The notes: generated by a model from the sequence alone, not told the origin. Positions 50,474 through 60,594 are shown, counted from the stretch's first letter. The stretch is DNA of 64,000 nt from Desulfurococcaceae archaeon (GCA_038816475.1 JAWBAI010000001.1:96001-160000); one strand, 5' to 3'. Made by a program: numbers and translations.

Positions 50474-51387
50474 GTCTTGCTCACCAGTGAGAGAATATCC
50501 TCGATGGGTGTAACCTGCGGTGGGTACGAGCCGTAGATTAGTCTAAGGAGAATCGGAACAGCCTGCGGTGCATAGAGGCCATACTCTGTTATTATAGCAT
50601 CAACGTACTCTGGTGGTGTTACATCATATATTGGGACACGAGCTTTGTAGCCGCTTGGCAATTTCGCGATATCCTCCGAACTTACTAAAGCTGAGAAGTC
50701 CTTCTCGGGAACCCGTAGAAGCTCGCCGTGTACAGTTTCATAACTTAGCTTGAACGAAGGTGCAATCACAAAAATCCTTTTTCTGGCTTCCTTTGCTACA
50801 AGGGATATCAAGCTTGTTCCAACCTTTGATACTACAGCACCGTTTGATGCTATGGCCTCAGCCCCAACGAAGACCTTGTCAATGTCTTTCATGAAGAACC
50901 TTGCGGCGGAATCCACTATTAGGTGAACACTATAACCAAGATTTTCCGCGTACTCTGCCATGAGTAGTCCCTCGTTTCCGGGTCTGGACTCCGTTACGTA
51001 GAGAACAACCTCTTTCCCCTGGTCATGCAGAGTCTTTAGTAGTCTTCTAACAGCTAGGCTATTGCTGTTGGTTAACACCTTCTCTCCGCTTAAAACTCTC
51101 CTAGAGGCCATTTCAGCGGCTCTCCACAGCGAATGATCGTACCTGCTTCTCAAATCAGCTACGAAACCGCTAATGCCGTTGAACCCGTGTTCAATGTAGC
51201 GCAGAAGTACAGCTCTAAGTATGTTTATAGCACTCATACATGCTGGTCTCTCAGTTAGTACTTCCCTGGTAAGCTCTATGAGTTTACTTCGAAAGAGCTC
51301 TTCGTCTCCCTTGAGTGCGTATTCATGTAGCTCATTAAGGATGGAGAACGCTAGCTCCGAACCTGTAAGTCTAAAACGAGTGGTCAT
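50470..51387 (-). CDS. eIF2B alpha/beta/delta-family paralog
   Basis: TNSNS, ESRPGNEG, VGAE, SKVGT, YDVTP. Confidence 0.85.
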   Translation of the reverse strand: MTTRFRLTGSELAFSILNELHEYALKGDEELFRSKLIELTREVLTERPACMSAINILRAVLLRYIEHGFNGISGFVADLRSRYDHSLWRAAEMASRRVLSGEKVLTNSNSLAVRRLLKTLHDQGKEVVLYVTESRPGNEGLLMAEYAENLGYSVHLIVDSAARFFMKDIDKVFVGAEAIASNGAVVSKVGTSLISLVAKEARKRIFVIAPSFKLSYETVHGELLRVPEKDFSALVSSEDIAKLPSGYKARVPIYDVTPPEYVDAIITEYGLYAPQAVPILLRLIYGSYPPQVTPIEDILSLVSKT

Positions 51388-51496
51388 GCACCCCCCATTT
51401 AACCACTGCTTTATTATTACTTCTCTAACTGAACTCAGGGGTTTATATATACCTTCTCAGCAATTTCTGTTTCTGACAATAGTGAGAGGTGAACAC

Positions 51497-52963
51497 ATGT
51501 ACTTCGAGAGAAACCGCATACTTGTAATTGCACTTGTGGTTTTAGTGCTAGTCGCCACCTTAAGAACAGAAGCTCTACAGGGGGAGGATGAACCAAGCAG
51601 TATCTTCTTCGTTTATGCTCCATATGCTAATTTAACAGCGATCGCCGATAGACTTAAAAACTACAACGTATCAAGCGAAGTGCTGACAGCACTACCAGAT
51701 ATACCCGAACCAGATTACTTTATACTATGGGTGTTAACCGGTCACAGACCTCCCGAGAAAGCAACGATGCTTGATCCTCAGGACGAGCTCATTGAAAGAA
51801 CCATTAACGTATGGTACAATGCCGCACTGGTCGATATTCCACTAGCAGATCCCACGAGGCATAACTACTCCCTAAATCCTTTATTCAGAATCACGCTACA
51901 TTTACCACCACAAGTACTAACAGTACCTATAAATGGCTCAGATTACTGGGAGCTATTGAATACTACAATTACCACAACACTGAGCGACGTGAAACTCGAA
52001 GTAAAACTGGATAACTACGGAGTTACCTTAGTTTCTCTAAACATAACTACAATACGCGAACTGGGACCAAGACCCATTAAAATCAATGTATCAGACGAAG
52101 AATCCTACGATTACTACATATCGTTCTATCTGCTAGAGGTCAACGGAGATTATCTAAAGTTGTTCTTTCCAGGTGCTCTTAGCACCTCAGGATATATGTC
52201 ACAAGCTGTAAAGCCCATCGAAGGATTGAACATACACTGGTATGTTCCACTGGTTAAGTATAGGGACATTTTAACCAACCTTACAGCGGATGCAAAAACC
52301 TGGTGGATAACAAGGTCTATGGACTACTCGAGTAGAATCGTGATGAGAGCTGTATCAGATATCAACGTACCAGTATACCACATATACTTGCCTCATTTAG
52401 CTCTTGCAAGAACGCTTGAACTCGATGATGAAACTATGAATAACGTTGTTAGTAGGTTTGAAGACCTGGTGGTTGACGTGGTTTATCAATTTATCCTCTT
52501 AGAGAAAAAGCATTCGGTTGTAGTTGTTATTGGATACGCTGAGAAGGAAAACGTACTAGTAGCAGGTGCAATAGAGGGTTTTGAAGAGATTGGAGTAGAG
52601 TTAACCATGACGATGTTAGCTGGCATGATACTCTCGTACTCAGCGGCATCTCCGTTCCCCAACGCAAGGCTTTTGAGTGTAGCTGATAGAGCTAGGAACC
52701 TGGAAACAGAGCTTAGCGATGTTAAAACCAGGTTGTTTTCCATAGAATTCGAGCTCAACGATACAAGAAAGCAACTAAGAACTTGTGAAGGTGATCTTAA
52801 CTTAGCTCAATCAAGGTTGGCGAATTTAAACGAGCTGGAGAGTAAAGCGAGAGAGATCTACAATACCGCATTATTCTACCTATCAACCGGGCTGATTGCA
52901 ACAATCGTAGTCAGCTGTTCGCTCGGTTACCTAGCGTACAAGGTAGCATCTAAGAAAAAGTAA
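51497..52963 (+). CDS. Secreted, C-terminally anchored protein with coiled-coil stalk
   Basis: Signal-like N-terminus after GAGGTGA SD, many N-x-S/T sequons, heptad region, C-terminal TM + KKK. Confidence 0.75.
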   Translation: MYFERNRILVIALVVLVLVATLRTEALQGEDEPSSIFFVYAPYANLTAIADRLKNYNVSSEVLTALPDIPEPDYFILWVLTGHRPPEKATMLDPQDELIERTINVWYNAALVDIPLADPTRHNYSLNPLFRITLHLPPQVLTVPINGSDYWELLNTTITTTLSDVKLEVKLDNYGVTLVSLNITTIRELGPRPIKINVSDEESYDYYISFYLLEVNGDYLKLFFPGALSTSGYMSQAVKPIEGLNIHWYVPLVKYRDILTNLTADAKTWWITRSMDYSSRIVMRAVSDINVPVYHIYLPHLALARTLELDDETMNNVVSRFEDLVVDVVYQFILLEKKHSVVVVIGYAEKENVLVAGAIEGFEEIGVELTMTMLAGMILSYSAASPFPNARLLSVADRARNLETELSDVKTRLFSIEFELNDTRKQLRTCEGDLNLAQSRLANLNELESKAREIYNTALFYLSTGLIATIVVSCSLGYLAYKVASKKK

Positions 52964-53044
52964 ATGGTAGGCTCTGCATCTGCAACTCTCTACTCGTCTT
53001 ACATCTGAATTGTTCGTTATTTTGGAGGTGATTCAACTACGAGG

Positions 53045-54043
53045 ATGGGAGCAACCAAGAGAAACAGACTATTTATAGTAAGAAATCTAGCATTGGTGCT
53101 TTCTGTACTGTCAATAATTGCACTTGTACTATATGTTGTTCCTGTTCCGGAAGTAGGAGAACCTGTAACTAGTATAGCACTACCTGATAGTAGATTCGTG
53201 GAAGTAGATGGTGTATTAGTTCACTACGTAGACCATGGCGGAGGAGATGTTCTGTTCGTTCTTCTCCACGGTTTCGGAGCAAGCTTTTTCACTTGGCGCG
53301 AGTTAATACCTGAACTATCAAGGATAGGCAGAGTTGTTGCTTTCGACAGACCCGGATTCGGCTTGACAGAGCGAGTGGACCCTAGCAAATTAGGTTTTAA
53401 TCCCTATCACGTTGACGGAGCTGTTCGGTTAACGTGCAACTTCGTTAAACAAGTTCGTAGAAACGAGTCCAGATTAGTAGTTATAGGTCACTCGGCTGGA
53501 GGAGGACTAGCTCTTTTGCTCCCATTAATGTGCGATTTGAACATATCAGCTCTAGTTCTTATCGCTCCAGCGTGGAAACAGCTAAGGAAACAGTGGCATG
53601 AACACGTTCTTTACGGTACACCACTCGCTGACAAGTATGGACCATTACTAGCAAGAGCTATGGTTAACCGTCTAGAAGAGATTCTCTACAGAGCATGGTA
53701 CAACAAGTCATTGATAACCCCCAGCATCCTGGAAGGATACAAGTACCCGCTCAGAGCAAGAAACTGGGATAAAGGACTATACTGGCTGATGAAATACAGA
53801 GAATATCCCGATATAAGAGACGATTTGAGCGAGATCAAAGCCCCCGTCTTGATCATACATGGAGTCAACAATGAAATAATTCCACTAAGCAGTAGTATTG
53901 AACTATACGAGTTACTTTCTACTCACACGTTCACGGATTTGGTTATAATCAACGAATGCGGGCATCTTCCACACGAGGAAAAACCAAACTTAGTACTAGA
54001 TGTAGTAAAGAGGTTCTTGAAAAATACTATTAATAATGGTTAA
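53045..54043 (+). CDS. Membrane-anchored alpha/beta hydrolase
   Basis: LHGFG, FDRPGFG, GHSAG, CGHLPHEE. Confidence 0.9.
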   Translation: MGATKRNRLFIVRNLALVLSVLSIIALVLYVVPVPEVGEPVTSIALPDSRFVEVDGVLVHYVDHGGGDVLFVLLHGFGASFFTWRELIPELSRIGRVVAFDRPGFGLTERVDPSKLGFNPYHVDGAVRLTCNFVKQVRRNESRLVVIGHSAGGGLALLLPLMCDLNISALVLIAPAWKQLRKQWHEHVLYGTPLADKYGPLLARAMVNRLEEILYRAWYNKSLITPSILEGYKYPLRARNWDKGLYWLMKYREYPDIRDDLSEIKAPVLIIHGVNNEIIPLSSSIELYELLSTHTFTDLVIINECGHLPHEEKPNLVLDVVKRFLKNTINNG

Positions 54044-54154
54044 GGGTTTGCTACCGTTTTGAGTGCTGGGTTTTGTGGGTTTTCATGGATGCTTAGAGCT
54101 CTTGACGTGATCATGTTTAGCAATGTTTATAGATCAATGAGTAGTAATTGCTCC

Positions 54155-54275
54155 CGGTGACCCTGGGTTTCCGAGACCCACAGCAGACCGTGGGGAGGGA
54201 GCTCAGGGAAACCGTGATGATCAGCCCTAGGAAAACCTAGAGCGGGAAACGGTTCCTCAAAGAGAGGCAACATAA
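54155..54275 (+). ncRNA. Unassigned structured RNA (candidate)
   Basis: GC-rich intergenic island with three stem-loops, G-U pairs favouring the + strand, TTTATAG about 25 nt upstream. Confidence 0.6.
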
Positions 54276-54294
54276 TCAGCCGCGTGTAGGGTGT

Positions 54295-54720
54295 TCATAG
54301 CGTGGTTCTCAAGCTTATCAAAGCAACTGATAGTGCTGAGAGCAGAAAGTTGCATGCAAAACTATTGGATCTGCACAATCCAATTTTGAATCCTCGATTG
54401 GAGAAGGGGTAGAACATGTAAACACCTTTTACAGTGAGAGCATCCAGTAGTATATGGCTTAGCCACCCTAAGACGAATGCTGAAACGTACAGCTCTATTC
54501 CACTGAACTTCGAAAATACTATAATGAGTAGTACAGCGATTATGAACGGTACGAATAAATTGTGAAGAGCTTTTCGATGCTTAAACCTTAGGTCTAGATC
54601 TGGAACTGTAGATCCTATTCCTGACAGCACCGAGAGGAGGGCGATCGCGAGGGGGTCCCGCACCGGGTATAGCCAAAGGATTAGTGCTACCGAAAAGAGG
54701 ACATGAGTACTACCTAGCAC
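54295..54720 (-). CDS. YdjM-like membrane metal-dependent hydrolase
   Basis: TH, PDLD..HR..H, SHILLD, YPF. Confidence 0.85.
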   Translation of the reverse strand: MLGSTHVLFSVALILWLYPVRDPLAIALLSVLSGIGSTVPDLDLRFKHRKALHNLFVPFIIAVLLIIVFSKFSGIELYVSAFVLGWLSHILLDALTVKGVYMFYPFSNRGFKIGLCRSNSFACNFLLSALSVALISLRTTL

Positions 54721-55441
54721 TATTGCTCACCACTTTCTTTTCCAATTCGATTACTCGGTCCTCGTAACCAACGATCACGACGTCTACCAGCAGATCCGAT
54801 GGAAACAACCCTGTTTCAACAACACCGTGCATGAACTTAAGTTCTTGGTGAGCCTTCAAGGGATTGGTGATTGGTTGCAGAGGTTTTAGGTCTACTATGT
54901 AGTTTCCGTTGTCAGTTACCAGGGGACCCAGTTTTCCACCAGAAGTTCTAACTGTAGGCTCGTAAACACCCAGCTTATTAATGTTTTTGAGAAAGTACCC
55001 AAGAGCAAAGGGAACGACTTCAACGGGTATCGGCTTCCTGTAGAGATATTCCAGTCCAGTGTACTTCGAGTAGTCTACAATGTAAATTCTCCAGTTCGAC
55101 ATGTAAGCTAGAGTTTTCTCTCTCAGCAATGCTCCACCGTGTCCTTTAACCATGTCCAGTCTAGTACTTACTTCGTCGGCTCCATCCACGTAGAGGTCCA
55201 GTGCGTCAACGCTGGTTATATCCACTGTAAGTAGATTGTGTTCGAGTTTAGCGTAAAGCGCTGTATCAATAGATGAAGCTACTAATATGTGATTTCTCAA
55301 AAACTCTGAGCATACATCCAAGAAGACCTTTACTGTGGAGCCGCTTCCAATACCTATAAAGCTCTTCTTCTCAAGCTCGCCTCTAAGTTTATCACAGAGC
55401 TTCTTTGCAGCATTGTATTTTGAGATCTCCTGAGAATTCAC
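54710..55441 (-). CDS. rpiA: Ribose-5-phosphate isomerase A
   Basis: GIGSGST, DGADEV, KGHGGALLREK, TDNGN, GVVETGLF. Confidence 0.94.
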   Translation of the reverse strand: MNSQEISKYNAAKKLCDKLRGELEKKSFIGIGSGSTVKVFLDVCSEFLRNHILVASSIDTALYAKLEHNLLTVDITSVDALDLYVDGADEVSTRLDMVKGHGGALLREKTLAYMSNWRIYIVDYSKYTGLEYLYRKPIPVEVVPFALGYFLKNINKLGVYEPTVRTSGGKLGPLVTDNGNYIVDLKPLQPITNPLKAHQELKFMHGVVETGLFPSDLLVDVVIVGYEDRVIELEKKVVSNSAR

Positions 55442-55591
55442 CCTACCAACCCGTTAAAACCTACTGATATATGTTGCACTTTAGCTCAAAAGTAGTTTTA
55501 CTCGAGACATTCTACAAGCTGATCATTATCACCTCCACACATGTTACCAATGCTCAGGAATAATAGGCTCCGGGTTTAGAGTATATTGAAG

Positions 55592-55653
55592 GAAATGATG
55601 ATATGCACCTCAGCGGACGATTAGCCCGTGAAGAAGCTGGCCTGGACTGATGT
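55592..55653 (+). ncRNA. C/D-box sRNA
   Basis: C ATGATGA 55595-55601, D' CGGA or ACGA, C' GTGAAGA 55628-55634, 12-nt guide, D CTGA 55647-55650. Confidence 0.82.
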
Positions 55654-55716
55654 GTGATCGTAGAAAACCGCTACAAGGTGTAAGCTACGTAGGTTTGCTC
55701 TACTAAAAACGATTTT

Positions 55717-56577
55717 CTACCTTAGGTTTGCTTTGAAGCTCTCTATTGCATATCCCACTAGAGATGCTATTTCTATTACATTGAAGAGCTTCCCAGCCGT
55801 ATCAGCTGTAAACCTTAAGGTGTAAGCATCTATTCTCTCCATTATATCCCAGTTCTCAAGCACGTCTGCAACCAAAGATTCTCTGAAGACGAGTTCAACA
55901 CGGTACGGCTTGTTGAACTTGACTGTTCGAAGTTCCCCCTTCTTAAGCTTTTCGCAGGCTTCTCTAACACCAGCTCTAAGCATCTCTTCGACTTTGGCAA
56001 GTCCAGGGCTAATAGCAGAAAACCTTGAAACACCCTTTTTAAGAGGAACGAACACTGCCCATGGTGCATGGTCTTCTACTTCTCGTCTAAGATGATCGTC
56101 GCCTGCTAGCAACGCCACGGGAACACCGAGCTCTCCAGCGTATAGAGAGTTTATCAAGAACTCGCTGGATCTAACACCGTTCACTCTTATTTCAAAGAAT
56201 ACCCTTCCACTATAGGTATGTTCTAGGATACCGTGCCTAGTTCCAGCAGCTGCATGGTAACCTAGAAAGAATATAGCAGCGAACTGATCATCAAGCATTG
56301 ACACCATTGAGAACGGTCTTGGGTAACCTTGAATAATAGTTGCTCTACTATCCAGCTCAAGGTATTCAATGTTTGTCATCAGCCCGTGACTATCGGCTAC
56401 GTAAACCTCGCTAAAACCGTTCTTGAAGAGCTCATCCACCACGATATTCGTTAGCTTGGTCATAACCTTGGATGCTCTAGCAAACTGACTACTCCAAGGA
56501 CTCAGCATTGTACCGGAAACAACACCGGGCAAACCCTCAACATCTACTGAAACATAGGCTTTCATTGAATGCACCAA
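55717..56577 (-). CDS. dppA: D-aminopeptidase (M55, DppA-like)
   Basis: SVDVEG, ADSHG, GYHA, HTYS, AGDD. Confidence 0.88.
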   Translation of the reverse strand: MVHSMKAYVSVDVEGLPGVVSGTMLSPWSSQFARASKVMTKLTNIVVDELFKNGFSEVYVADSHGLMTNIEYLELDSRATIIQGYPRPFSMVSMLDDQFAAIFFLGYHAAAGTRHGILEHTYSGRVFFEIRVNGVRSSEFLINSLYAGELGVPVALLAGDDHLRREVEDHAPWAVFVPLKKGVSRFSAISPGLAKVEEMLRAGVREACEKLKKGELRTVKFNKPYRVELVFRESLVADVLENWDIMERIDAYTLRFTADTAGKLFNVIEIASLVGYAIESFKANLR

Positions 56578-56762
56578 AAGTTAATACATCAGGGTACGCA
56601 AATAAAAAGCCCAAGACACCACGGCATTTGTACGACGCGAAATCTGGCTTTGTTCGGTAAACAGCATCCTTATTCCATGTTATTGCATAATATGCAGTTC
56701 AATAGAGTAAGGGTGAAAGATAAAAGCAACGCGTGCTCTACTTCATTCGGCGTGGTGATTTA

Positions 56763-57740
56763 ATGAAAGTCGTCTACATGTTTGAACCGCACAAAGCGGG
56801 TCTTGAAATACTAAAGAATCATGGAATCAATTTCGTATTCTACCCTGGCAGAGAAGCCTCTAGACCATGGCTCGAGAAAGAAATAGGTGATGCATCTGTT
56901 TTAGTCGTAGCTCCGTGGAATAAGGTGGATAAATCCTTGATAGAGCTCGGTAAAATGCTTAAGCTCATATTTGTTCACGGGTCTGGACTTGACAAGGTAG
57001 ATGTATCGGAAGCCACTCGAAGAGGGATTCTTGTAGCAAACGCTCCTGACTTCATAGCCGAAAGCGTAGCTGATCATATATTAGCCTTGATCTTAGCGCA
57101 TTACAGGAACATTGTTAGAGGAGATAAGTACATTAGGCAGAGAAAATGGACCGGCGGCACACCTTCCGACCTGGTGGGGCATGTCCTACGTGGAAAACGC
57201 GTAGGGATAATTGGGTTAGGTAGAATTGGAGCTGCTGTAGCAAGAAGACTGAAGCCCTTTGGTGCTGAAGTGTACTACTGGGATAGGAAAGTTAAACCTG
57301 AGATGGAGCACGCGCTAGAGATATCTAGACTAAACATTGATCAGTTAATCGAAACGTCTGATATCATAGTAGTGTCTGTGGCGTTAACTCCTGAAACCCA
57401 AGGGTTGATCAACAAGGAGAGGATATATAGAATTAAGAAGGGCGCTTTACTGGTTAACGCAGCTAGAGGTCAAATAATTGATGAAGAAGCATTGATCGAA
57501 AGGTTAAGGCAAGGTGAAATTTACGCTGCACTTGATGTTTTCAAGGAAGAACCTCTTTCACCCAACAGTCCTCTCATAGAACTAGAAAATGTTATTCTAA
57601 CTCCACATATAGGCGGTCTCTCCTGGGAAGCCTTAGAGGAGACCTCGAAGTTCGTTGCAGAAGCTATTGTCAAGTACATAAAGGAGGGTCAACTTCCAGC
57701 AACAGTTGTCAACAAAGAACTTGCTTCTTTCAGTTGGTAG
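56763..57740 (+). CDS. D-2-hydroxyacid dehydrogenase (glyoxylate reductase-like)
   Basis: GLGRIG, VNAARG, LDVFKEEP, TPHIGG; ATG 56763 after GGTGA SD. Confidence 0.9.
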   Translation: MKVVYMFEPHKAGLEILKNHGINFVFYPGREASRPWLEKEIGDASVLVVAPWNKVDKSLIELGKMLKLIFVHGSGLDKVDVSEATRRGILVANAPDFIAESVADHILALILAHYRNIVRGDKYIRQRKWTGGTPSDLVGHVLRGKRVGIIGLGRIGAAVARRLKPFGAEVYYWDRKVKPEMEHALEISRLNIDQLIETSDIIVVSVALTPETQGLINKERIYRIKKGALLVNAARGQIIDEEALIERLRQGEIYAALDVFKEEPLSPNSPLIELENVILTPHIGGLSWEALEETSKFVAEAIVKYIKEGQLPATVVNKELASFSW

Positions 57741-57878
57741 TTAAACAATAGGATTCTATTAACACGTTAATCAACAACGTGCAACTTGTACCATGTAGAT
57801 ACCCCTTGAGTTTTTCGGAGCCTCGATTAGAGCTATCTTTTAGTAGTGTTCGATGCAAGCATACTATGAACTTTTAAG

Positions 57879-59102
57879 TCATCCTGTAGACGTCTTCTGC
57901 GGATGTGTGTTTTCAAGGAACTCTTTCATTAACTTAAATCCTTCAACTAGTTCTTCTTCCTCCATTGTTACAAATGTTATTCTCAGATGTCCTGCACCGG
58001 CTTTACCAAATATTGAACCTGGTAGTACTACAACACCTTTTGACTCTGCGAGTTTAATGGTGAATTCGAGGTCGTTTAATCCCAGCACTTCCAGGTATGG
58101 TCTTATATCTGGGAACAAGTACATACTAGCAGTAGGCTTGTGAACTCTTGCTTCAGTAAAGAGTTTCCTGAACGCTTCGTAAGCAACATCCCTTCTTCTT
58201 CTGTATATGGGTATTACTTCGCGGAGATACTTCTCCTTGAAGCCCTGTGCAAGGTAGTAGTAAGCTAACCATTGCATTGGAACAGGTGATACTATACCAA
58301 ACAACGCTTTGAGCTTAACGATCTCTGTTACTACATCTCTTGGACCGTAAATATAGCCTAGTCTACCACCTGGGATTGCTATATCCTTGCTGAAGGAGCC
58401 GCAAACAAGCATGTAGTCAAGTGAAGGTGCGTACTTCTCCATCCACACGTGCTCACCTTCGTAAACAAGATGCTTGTAGGCAACGTCGTAGACTATCCAA
58501 GCTTTCTTCTCGTAGGCCACATCTACGATGGTTTTAGCCACTTCGTCGCTTATGACTCTCGATGTTGGGTTGTCAGGGCTAGCTAGTATTATGGCTTTTG
58601 CTCTAGACCCAAGCTTCTCCTTTATGCACTCGGGATCTGGGTTAAAACCTCGCTCAAAGGTTTGCTCGCAGGTTTCAACTCTGAGTTTGGCGAGCTTAGC
58701 TTGATCCCAGTACACGCTATACGAAGGGTCTAGAAGCAGAATGGTGTCTCCTTCGTCGAGAAGAGCGTACATGGATAAGAGAAGTGCTTCAGCGCCCCCA
58801 GTTGTAATAACGATCTGATCCGGCGAGACATCTACCCCTCCGTATTTTTTGATGTCCATGCTTATGGCTTCTCTGAGTTCTGGTAATCCCTGTGTAGGCA
58901 TGTACCTGAAGTGGTCGAAAGGATTTCTTCTAACCATCTCCATGAAGTATTCTAGAGCATCCCTATCTGGAGGAAGACCGGGTTGACCAGCAGTGTAATC
59001 GTACACTCTTACGCCTCTTCTTCTGAGTTCGTGTGCTTTAGCAATGAGAATTCTGTGAGGGTTCTGAGGGATCTCCCTAACTCTTCTCGAAGCACGGTTC
59101 AT
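57879..59102 (-). CDS. PLP aminotransferase class I/II (aspartate aminotransferase-like)
   Basis: GQP, GLPELR, SPDNPT, SFSK..PGGRLG; probable ATG at 59102. Confidence 0.9.
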   Translation of the reverse strand: MNRASRRVREIPQNPHRILIAKAHELRRRGVRVYDYTAGQPGLPPDRDALEYFMEMVRRNPFDHFRYMPTQGLPELREAISMDIKKYGGVDVSPDQIVITTGGAEALLLSMYALLDEGDTILLLDPSYSVYWDQAKLAKLRVETCEQTFERGFNPDPECIKEKLGSRAKAIILASPDNPTSRVISDEVAKTIVDVAYEKKAWIVYDVAYKHLVYEGEHVWMEKYAPSLDYMLVCGSFSKDIAIPGGRLGYIYGPRDVVTEIVKLKALFGIVSPVPMQWLAYYYLAQGFKEKYLREVIPIYRRRRDVAYEAFRKLFTEARVHKPTASMYLFPDIRPYLEVLGLNDLEFTIKLAESKGVVVLPGSIFGKAGAGHLRITFVTMEEEELVEGFKLMKEFLENTHPQKTSTG

Positions 59103-59244
59103 ACATACACCTTCGTAACATACATACATGTATCTTCTGGGGTGCAAATGTACTTATACATGTTTACAGTATAAATAAATCCAAGAGAAGTACGCATTGA
59201 AGCAGTTATTGTACTTTGCTTCATTGGTTTTAGAGAAAGCAATG

Positions 59245-60594
59245 CTATGCCAACTTGACGACAACATCGTATTTTACTTGTCCATCAAAACCAGCTTTCT
59301 CCTTACCAAACCTCTCAATGGGTTTCATTAAATGTTTAAAAGCCGAATAGGGTGGTTGATACCAACCAGGCTTTAGATCACGTGGTAGTGTCACAGAGAC
59401 CTTTGACGCAGAAGCATCCTTGTACTTGCACTTACGACAACGGTAACCTTTATTCTTACCCATGCTCTCCATGCGAGAACCACAGAGAGGACACCTAGGG
59501 TTTTCGAAAACAACGACTTCGGTCAATTCAATAACCCTGAGTTTTTCGAGGTTTAGTGTTATTCCATGGGTCGGACCTGGTGGTCTTATGCATCCATAGA
59601 CTTCGACGAGATCTCCAGGATAAAGTTTCTCGGCTATGTTCCTGAAACCCTTCGTTGGTTCATAAACAGCAACAGTTATGCAGCAATTCTCGTCGCAGAG
59701 TTCGAAGAAGACATGTCCTCCAGTACTTCTTCGGGGTTTACTCTTTACTCTTCCTACGACCTTGACGCAGGTATAGGGTCTTACACGGCATATGGTGTTA
59801 ACAGGGTGTATATGGCTGTCCGTGTGCTGATTTGTTCTAAAAATAGCGATGTACTCGATGGGCTCATATACTTTAACCAGTTTAAACGCCTCTGCGAGAA
59901 CACCGGGATCTTCTCCTCTCAAGCCGAGTAGAACCGGGTCTGAACCACGCGGAGTTACTAGGATTCGTCCAGTTTGGGGGTCGTAGTTGAGTATCATCAG
60001 GTTACCGTAGAGCTTATCGAGTTCAATAATGCTGTGGGGATCAACAAGCCTCGGTGCCCCCCAGTACTCTCTCTTCCTGTAGGCGATGAGTTCGTAGGTG
60101 TGGTCGATGTTAAGCATTGTGTAGCCTATAGAAGCCAGTGCTCCCACTAGTCCACGCTTTAAACCCTTGGGAGCATAGTACTTGATATTAGTTTTCTCTG
60201 CAACCCGAAACGCGAGATCCAGCGGTACAATGTCGAACAGAGCTTTCTCAGCTAATCTAGACAATTCCTCGTTAACATCTCCTTCCAGTAAAGCTATAAC
60301 CGGCTGGTGCTTTGGATCTTTTAGCTCAGACGTATAATCGTACACCATTTGCTTTGCGATCTCCCATATCTCCGAAACATCATCCTCTGACTCTACCGCG
60401 ACTCTTATCGCAACGGCACCATTACCTCGCGTTTTATAGGGAACAGAAGGGTTTAATCTAACGAGATTCAAGTAGTCCAGGAATTCAACGTTAACCTCCC
60501 GCTTCAGTCTATAGGCTAATATCGTTGAAAAATGAGTTGTACAGCCCCCTTGTATAGAGTCAACGTCGTCTACTCCTATGTGTACTCTGATCAA
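59245..60594 (-). CDS. tiaS: tRNA(Ile2) agmatinylcytidine synthetase
   Basis: GVDDVDS..GCTT, RLNP.VPYKTRGN, TNQHTD, OB fold, CPLC..CRKC, FKHLMKP. Confidence 0.93.
   Translation of the reverse strand: MIRVHIGVDDVDSIQGGCTTHFSTILAYRLKREVNVEFLDYLNLVRLNPSVPYKTRGNGAVAIRVAVESEDDVSEIWEIAKQMVYDYTSELKDPKHQPVIALLEGDVNEELSRLAEKALFDIVPLDLAFRVAEKTNIKYYAPKGLKRGLVGALASIGYTMLNIDHTYELIAYRKREYWGAPRLVDPHSIIELDKLYGNLMILNYDPQTGRILVTPRGSDPVLLGLRGEDPGVLAEAFKLVKVYEPIEYIAIFRTNQHTDSHIHPVNTICRVRPYTCVKVVGRVKSKPRRSTGGHVFFELCDENCCITVAVYEPTKGFRNIAEKLYPGDLVEVYGCIRPPGPTHGITLNLEKLRVIELTEVVVFENPRCPLCGSRMESMGKNKGYRCRKCKYKDASASKVSVTLPRDLKPGWYQPPYSAFKHLMKPIERFGKEKAGFDGQVKYDVVVKLA

Noticed and set aside
54155-54275. Cobalamin riboswitch or RNase P RNA interpretation of the structured element
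   Set aside because: Lacks the B12 riboswitch core (CCCGC.ACTGT, GCCACTG) and RNase P conserved regions; no downstream same-strand gene
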